A stretch of 64,000 bases of DNA from an uncultured Chlamydiae bacterium. Lineage in GTDB: Bacteria; Chlamydiota; Chlamydiia; Chlamydiales; Parachlamydiaceae. Below, piece after piece: positions 60,572 to 64,000 of this stretch; within the stretch, counting starts at the first letter, position 1; each line of letters opens with the position of its first letter. The notes beneath the pieces were generated by a model. That model was not told the origin of the DNA, did no database searches, and saw nothing but the letters and a program-made list of their open reading frames with translations. Both the position numbers and the translations under genes were made by a program. The stretch covers positions 800,001 to 864,000 of the forward strand of contig CAVWGN010000001.1 of NCBI GenBank assembly GCA_963754655.1, written 5' to 3'.

Positions 60572-61969
60572 TTAGGGGATATGCGCCCCAAGTTGCTTCA
60601 CCAAGGTCATAATTTTTTCAGATCGATCATTTAAATTATTTCGATTGGGGAGCAAAGCCAAATTTTGGAGCAGCTTTTGTTTTTCTTCTTCTTCTAGACA
60701 AGTCCCATCCAAATAAACCATTTTTTGATCGGGTTGCCTTTCTACTACAAATCCTTTCAAAAAGGCCTGTACAAAAGGAGTATCCAATTGATTGAGCTTT
60801 TCAACTAATTCTGAATATGTAGAAGGACTTTTTATTAAACTGACCAGTTCCTTTTGCTCATTGGCAGCTCTTTGCAACTCCAAGTGATTAGCTTCCGTCA
60901 AAATTTCCTTCATGCGGTCATGAGAAATGATGTCTCCTCTTTTTTTATTTCCGCAATCTTTGTAAACGAAATAGATACCGTCTTGGCCTCGAACGATGTA
61001 ATTCTTCCATTCTTGCTCCCCTTCAAATAAGGCTGGCATCTTTTTAGCTTGATCTTGAGCGTCAATCTTATCATTGATGCTAAGGCTGCTAAAAGGAAGG
61101 AGCGAATGTCTAGCTAACAGTTTGATTAATTTTCGAATTTCCTTTTTGTCATGACGAGGATTATTTCGTGTCAATATTGCTAATCCCGCATCCATGAGCT
61201 CTTTATCTGCAGGAGTTCTGACAGTTCCGTCCGGAAAGACAACTACTCCATCCTGGCGTTCAATTAAATAAGTCTTCAACAAAGCTTCTATCATTGATTT
61301 ACGTGTCGCCTCCGAGTCTCCTTCCGGTGCTTTATCAATTTCTTGACAAAGCTCGACTAACTTGCCTATTAAGGTGTATTCTGCTGTCCCTGCAAAAATA
61401 TCTTTCATATCTTTCTCAGTAAGCAAATGACCAAAGGCATTACGTAAAAGACCTGTTTCAGGATCAATTGTAAATAATTGCTCCAATGGCAGACTTCCCA
61501 AAGATTTTTGTCCCTCTGCGCTATGCATCACTTTGCCATAGGCAAACCCAACTAAAGTCACAACCAAAGGAAGAGTGATTTGGCCTGCTACACCGCAAAA
61601 AGCTGTAATGACGGGAAGAGCTTTTGGCGTCACATTTAATTTGGTCACTTCTGAGATTGTTTGCTGCGCTGTTCCGGAGATCAATTGTTTGATCCCCTCA
61701 TAGCTCCAACGAGAAATTATCTTGGTCTCATCCTGAAAGATTTTTCTAAAGACAAAATCAATTGTCGCATTACTCCATTGCTGTCCGTGCGTCGCAGCAA
61801 TGGTGCGGCCAATATTACTTCCTGCTGATTCCCATGTGGGAAAATAGGGAGCAATGAGAGTCCATAAATAGCTAGGCTGCTCCCTAGGTTGAACTTGAAA
61901 ACTTTCAGCGATTTCTTCAGCATAATTTCTTAATACTTCTTGATTATTATGTGTATATCCTACTTGCAT
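60572..61969 (-). CDS. Hypothetical protein with a hydrophobic segment and a duplicated ~60-aa module
   Basis: 465-aa ORF; internal ERQxxG...DGT repeats. Confidence 0.75.
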   Translation of the reverse strand: MQVGYTHNNQEVLRNYAEEIAESFQVQPREQPSYLWTLIAPYFPTWESAGSNIGRTIAATHGQQWSNATIDFVFRKIFQDETKIISRWSYEGIKQLISGTAQQTISEVTKLNVTPKALPVITAFCGVAGQITLPLVVTLVGFAYGKVMHSAEGQKSLGSLPLEQLFTIDPETGLLRNAFGHLLTEKDMKDIFAGTAEYTLIGKLVELCQEIDKAPEGDSEATRKSMIEALLKTYLIERQDGVVVFPDGTVRTPADKELMDAGLAILTRNNPRHDKKEIRKLIKLLARHSLLPFSSLSINDKIDAQDQAKKMPALFEGEQEWKNYIVRGQDGIYFVYKDCGNKKRGDIISHDRMKEILTEANHLELQRAANEQKELVSLIKSPSTYSELVEKLNQLDTPFVQAFLKGFVVERQPDQKMVYLDGTCLEEEEKQKLLQNLALLPNRNNLNDRSEKIMTLVKQLGAHIP

Positions 61970-62081
61970 GAATTAACCTTTGTTAAAATAATTTTATTAG
62001 TTTTATAAGATTATTTTAACAAATTATGATAGGTAATGAATAAAACAGAAATCAAGATTGTATTAAGATTAATTACTAAAA

Positions 62082-62296
62082 AATAATTACTAATTATTTA
62101 GATCTTTTAGAGATTAAGTTAAGAATTTGAGTTTTGATTTTTCTCCTTGGAAATTAGAGTATTTGCGAGTAAAATTTGCTCTTTTTGCTTAAGGCAATAT
62201 CTCAATTAGGATATTGCCTTAAGCAAAAAGAGCAAAAATCGCCACAAATGCTTAAGATCTAGAGAAAAACTCAAGCTTATGTTATTAGTAATTATC
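62082..62296. repeat. Decayed long palindrome with near-perfect core (62175-62236)
   Basis: TTTGCTCTTTTTGCTTAAGGCAATATC / GATATTGCCTTAAGCAAAAAGAGCAAA plus patchy outer inverted repeats. Confidence 0.75.
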
Positions 62297-62320
62297 TAAA
62301 CTAATATTAAGACAACCTAA

Positions 62321-64000
62321 TCAAGCAAATCCTAGTTCTAATAATAAATCATTAAAAACTAAGTATTTCTTTCCTTTTGCATGCAATTTGCCATCTGCTT
62401 GATTAATTTTTATTTTGAGAGCGTGTTGCTTGCCTTCTTTATCTATAAAATTCAAATCAAATTCACCTTTTTCGTTCGCTTCCGTCTCTATTTTCCAACC
62501 TGTTTTAGCAATATCGAATTGCGTTTTTTGGTGATTATCAAAATAGTCTTTGATTTTATTTTTAAGTATAAGACATCTAGCTGCTATTCTTTCAGAAGAA
62601 TCATTTGGTTTAACAAATCGTCTTCCTTTATCAATTGCTTTCTCTTTGGCTTGATCTAATTCTATGTCGAGTCTTTTGACAAAGGCTTTTTTAGAAAGAA
62701 TTTCTTCTCGATTAAATTTTCTAAGGATCTCAGCTCCATTATCAATACTTAATCGCCCTGAACTCATCCCACTCCCACTAAAGAAATGAGGACTTGCCCG
62801 ACTATCACCAAATGCCGCAATCACAGCAGAGGATTCTCCTGATTTTAAAAGTTTTGCAGCTGTGTCTATTCCTTTTTGCTGGACATCAAATGTGCCAATA
62901 TTAATTGCATACTCCTCATCAAGTTTTACGACATTAGGATCGATCCCAAAAACCCCTGCTAAAGCATTCATCCATTTCTTATCTATTTCTTTTTTGAGAT
63001 TTTTTAATAATTGGTCGTCTGGAGGATGAGCACTTGCAATGAGATGACTAAGATCGTGTAAAAAATCTGATAACAAAGGGGGAGTAGAGGAGGCAAGAAA
63101 AGCTGTCGAGTGATTCTCAAACATTCTTATATTAAATCCACAGATGGGCTGATCGAATTCCACATCTGGCAAATGGGTGACTTCAATATTTTTTAATAAT
63201 TTTTCTGTAAAATTTTCATATTTTTTCTTAAATTGCTCAGGAAAACTGAAAGGGGCCAAAAATTGATCTAGTTCTTGACTTTGAAGAGATTTTTCTACGT
63301 GTTGGCGAGTCAAATAAGGATAACCTAATTGATCTAATTTCACATCTAGATCCTTCAATTTATCTGGCGTAAAATATCTTATCTTTGATTGTGTTTCTGG
63401 TTTTATCCAGCTAGCTATCCCATAATTTTTAGGGGAAGTGAGGGGAACTGCAGGTTCAAGGAATTCATCACGGATAGAATCATTGGCTCCGCCTACACAA
63501 GCGAGAAAATCAAAATTAATAACTGGTTGTTCTATTTTTGCTTTTGCCTGTTCTTCTTTCCATTGAATTGCAGCTTCTTGTTGAGCCCCTTTTAACACAG
63601 TCTGGTTATCAATTATATCTTCTGGTTGATGTCTTGCATATTTGGTTGAAAGAATTTTTTTCGTTAAGCTTTCAATTGTTAATTGTTGAAACCTCTCTGT
63701 ATCTGCTGATTTCTTTTTAACACCTATAATTGCTGAAAAACCTTTATCTGATGATTGAATTCCCTTTAAAGGAGTTTCAAAATGCAAATTTAAAAAAGTT
63801 TCTTTTTTGAAAGATTTTGTATCTTCTATATAGCTAGATATTTCTGTAGCACGGACCTTCATCACATCTTCAAGTATTCTTGTCTTAATTGTTCCAGAAC
63901 CTCTTTGTAAATTTAATACTCCTACAGCTTTAGGATCGATAAATAATTCATTAAATTTTGATCCAAGGAGAAAATTGAGTTGAGCGATCCACTTAGGATC
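62321..64000 (-). CDS. Flavin-dependent monooxygenase-like protein (partial; starts beyond window)
   Basis: Frame open to 64000; FDFLACVGGANDSIR (DG-like) and FGDSRASPHFFSGSGMSSG (GD motif). Confidence 0.6.
   Translation of the reverse strand, partial: DPKWIAQLNFLLGSKFNELFIDPKAVGVLNLQRGSGTIKTRILEDVMKVRATEISSYIEDTKSFKKETFLNLHFETPLKGIQSSDKGFSAIIGVKKKSADTERFQQLTIESLTKKILSTKYARHQPEDIIDNQTVLKGAQQEAAIQWKEEQAKAKIEQPVINFDFLACVGGANDSIRDEFLEPAVPLTSPKNYGIASWIKPETQSKIRYFTPDKLKDLDVKLDQLGYPYLTRQHVEKSLQSQELDQFLAPFSFPEQFKKKYENFTEKLLKNIEVTHLPDVEFDQPICGFNIRMFENHSTAFLASSTPPLLSDFLHDLSHLIASAHPPDDQLLKNLKKEIDKKWMNALAGVFGIDPNVVKLDEEYAINIGTFDVQQKGIDTAAKLLKSGESSAVIAAFGDSRASPHFFSGSGMSSGRLSIDNGAEILRKFNREEILSKKAFVKRLDIELDQAKEKAIDKGRRFVKPNDSSERIAARCLILKNKIKDYFDNHQKTQFDIAKTGWKIETEANEKGEFDLNFIDKEGKQHALKIKINQADGKLHAKGKKYLVFNDLLLELGFA

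Overview
AT-rich window from an environmental chlamydia (Parachlamydiales/Protochlamydia-like, inferred from gene content and order). Conserved chlamydial blocks (UGP3-type pyrophosphorylase; SWIB-lpxG-ispD-truA-HAD-lipoprotein-tRNA-Leu; UPF0158-dapF-clpP-glyA; cdsZ-rnpB; folE; ABC-F) alternate with accessory DNA rich in eukaryote-like candidate effectors. Highlights: (1) a 770-aa protein ending in a WASP/RickA-like Pro-rich / 3xWH2 / C / acidic-Trp module, a candidate actin nucleator or Arp2/3 activator; (2) a nested system of long palindromic non-autonomous elements, REP-like repeats and two IS5-family elements that repeatedly insert into one another at the same sites, with one empty site reconstructable inside a Fic pseudogene; (3) a mitochondrial-carrier-family protein; (4) a YheO-PhzF fusion / DUF2000 / YbaK operon; (5) a BlaI/M56 module with two operators that point to a small exported protein as its output; (6) a phosphomannomutase with a signal peptide; (7) a flavin-monooxygenase-like protein with some MICAL-like motifs. 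All assignments are by eye from motifs; no database searches were run.
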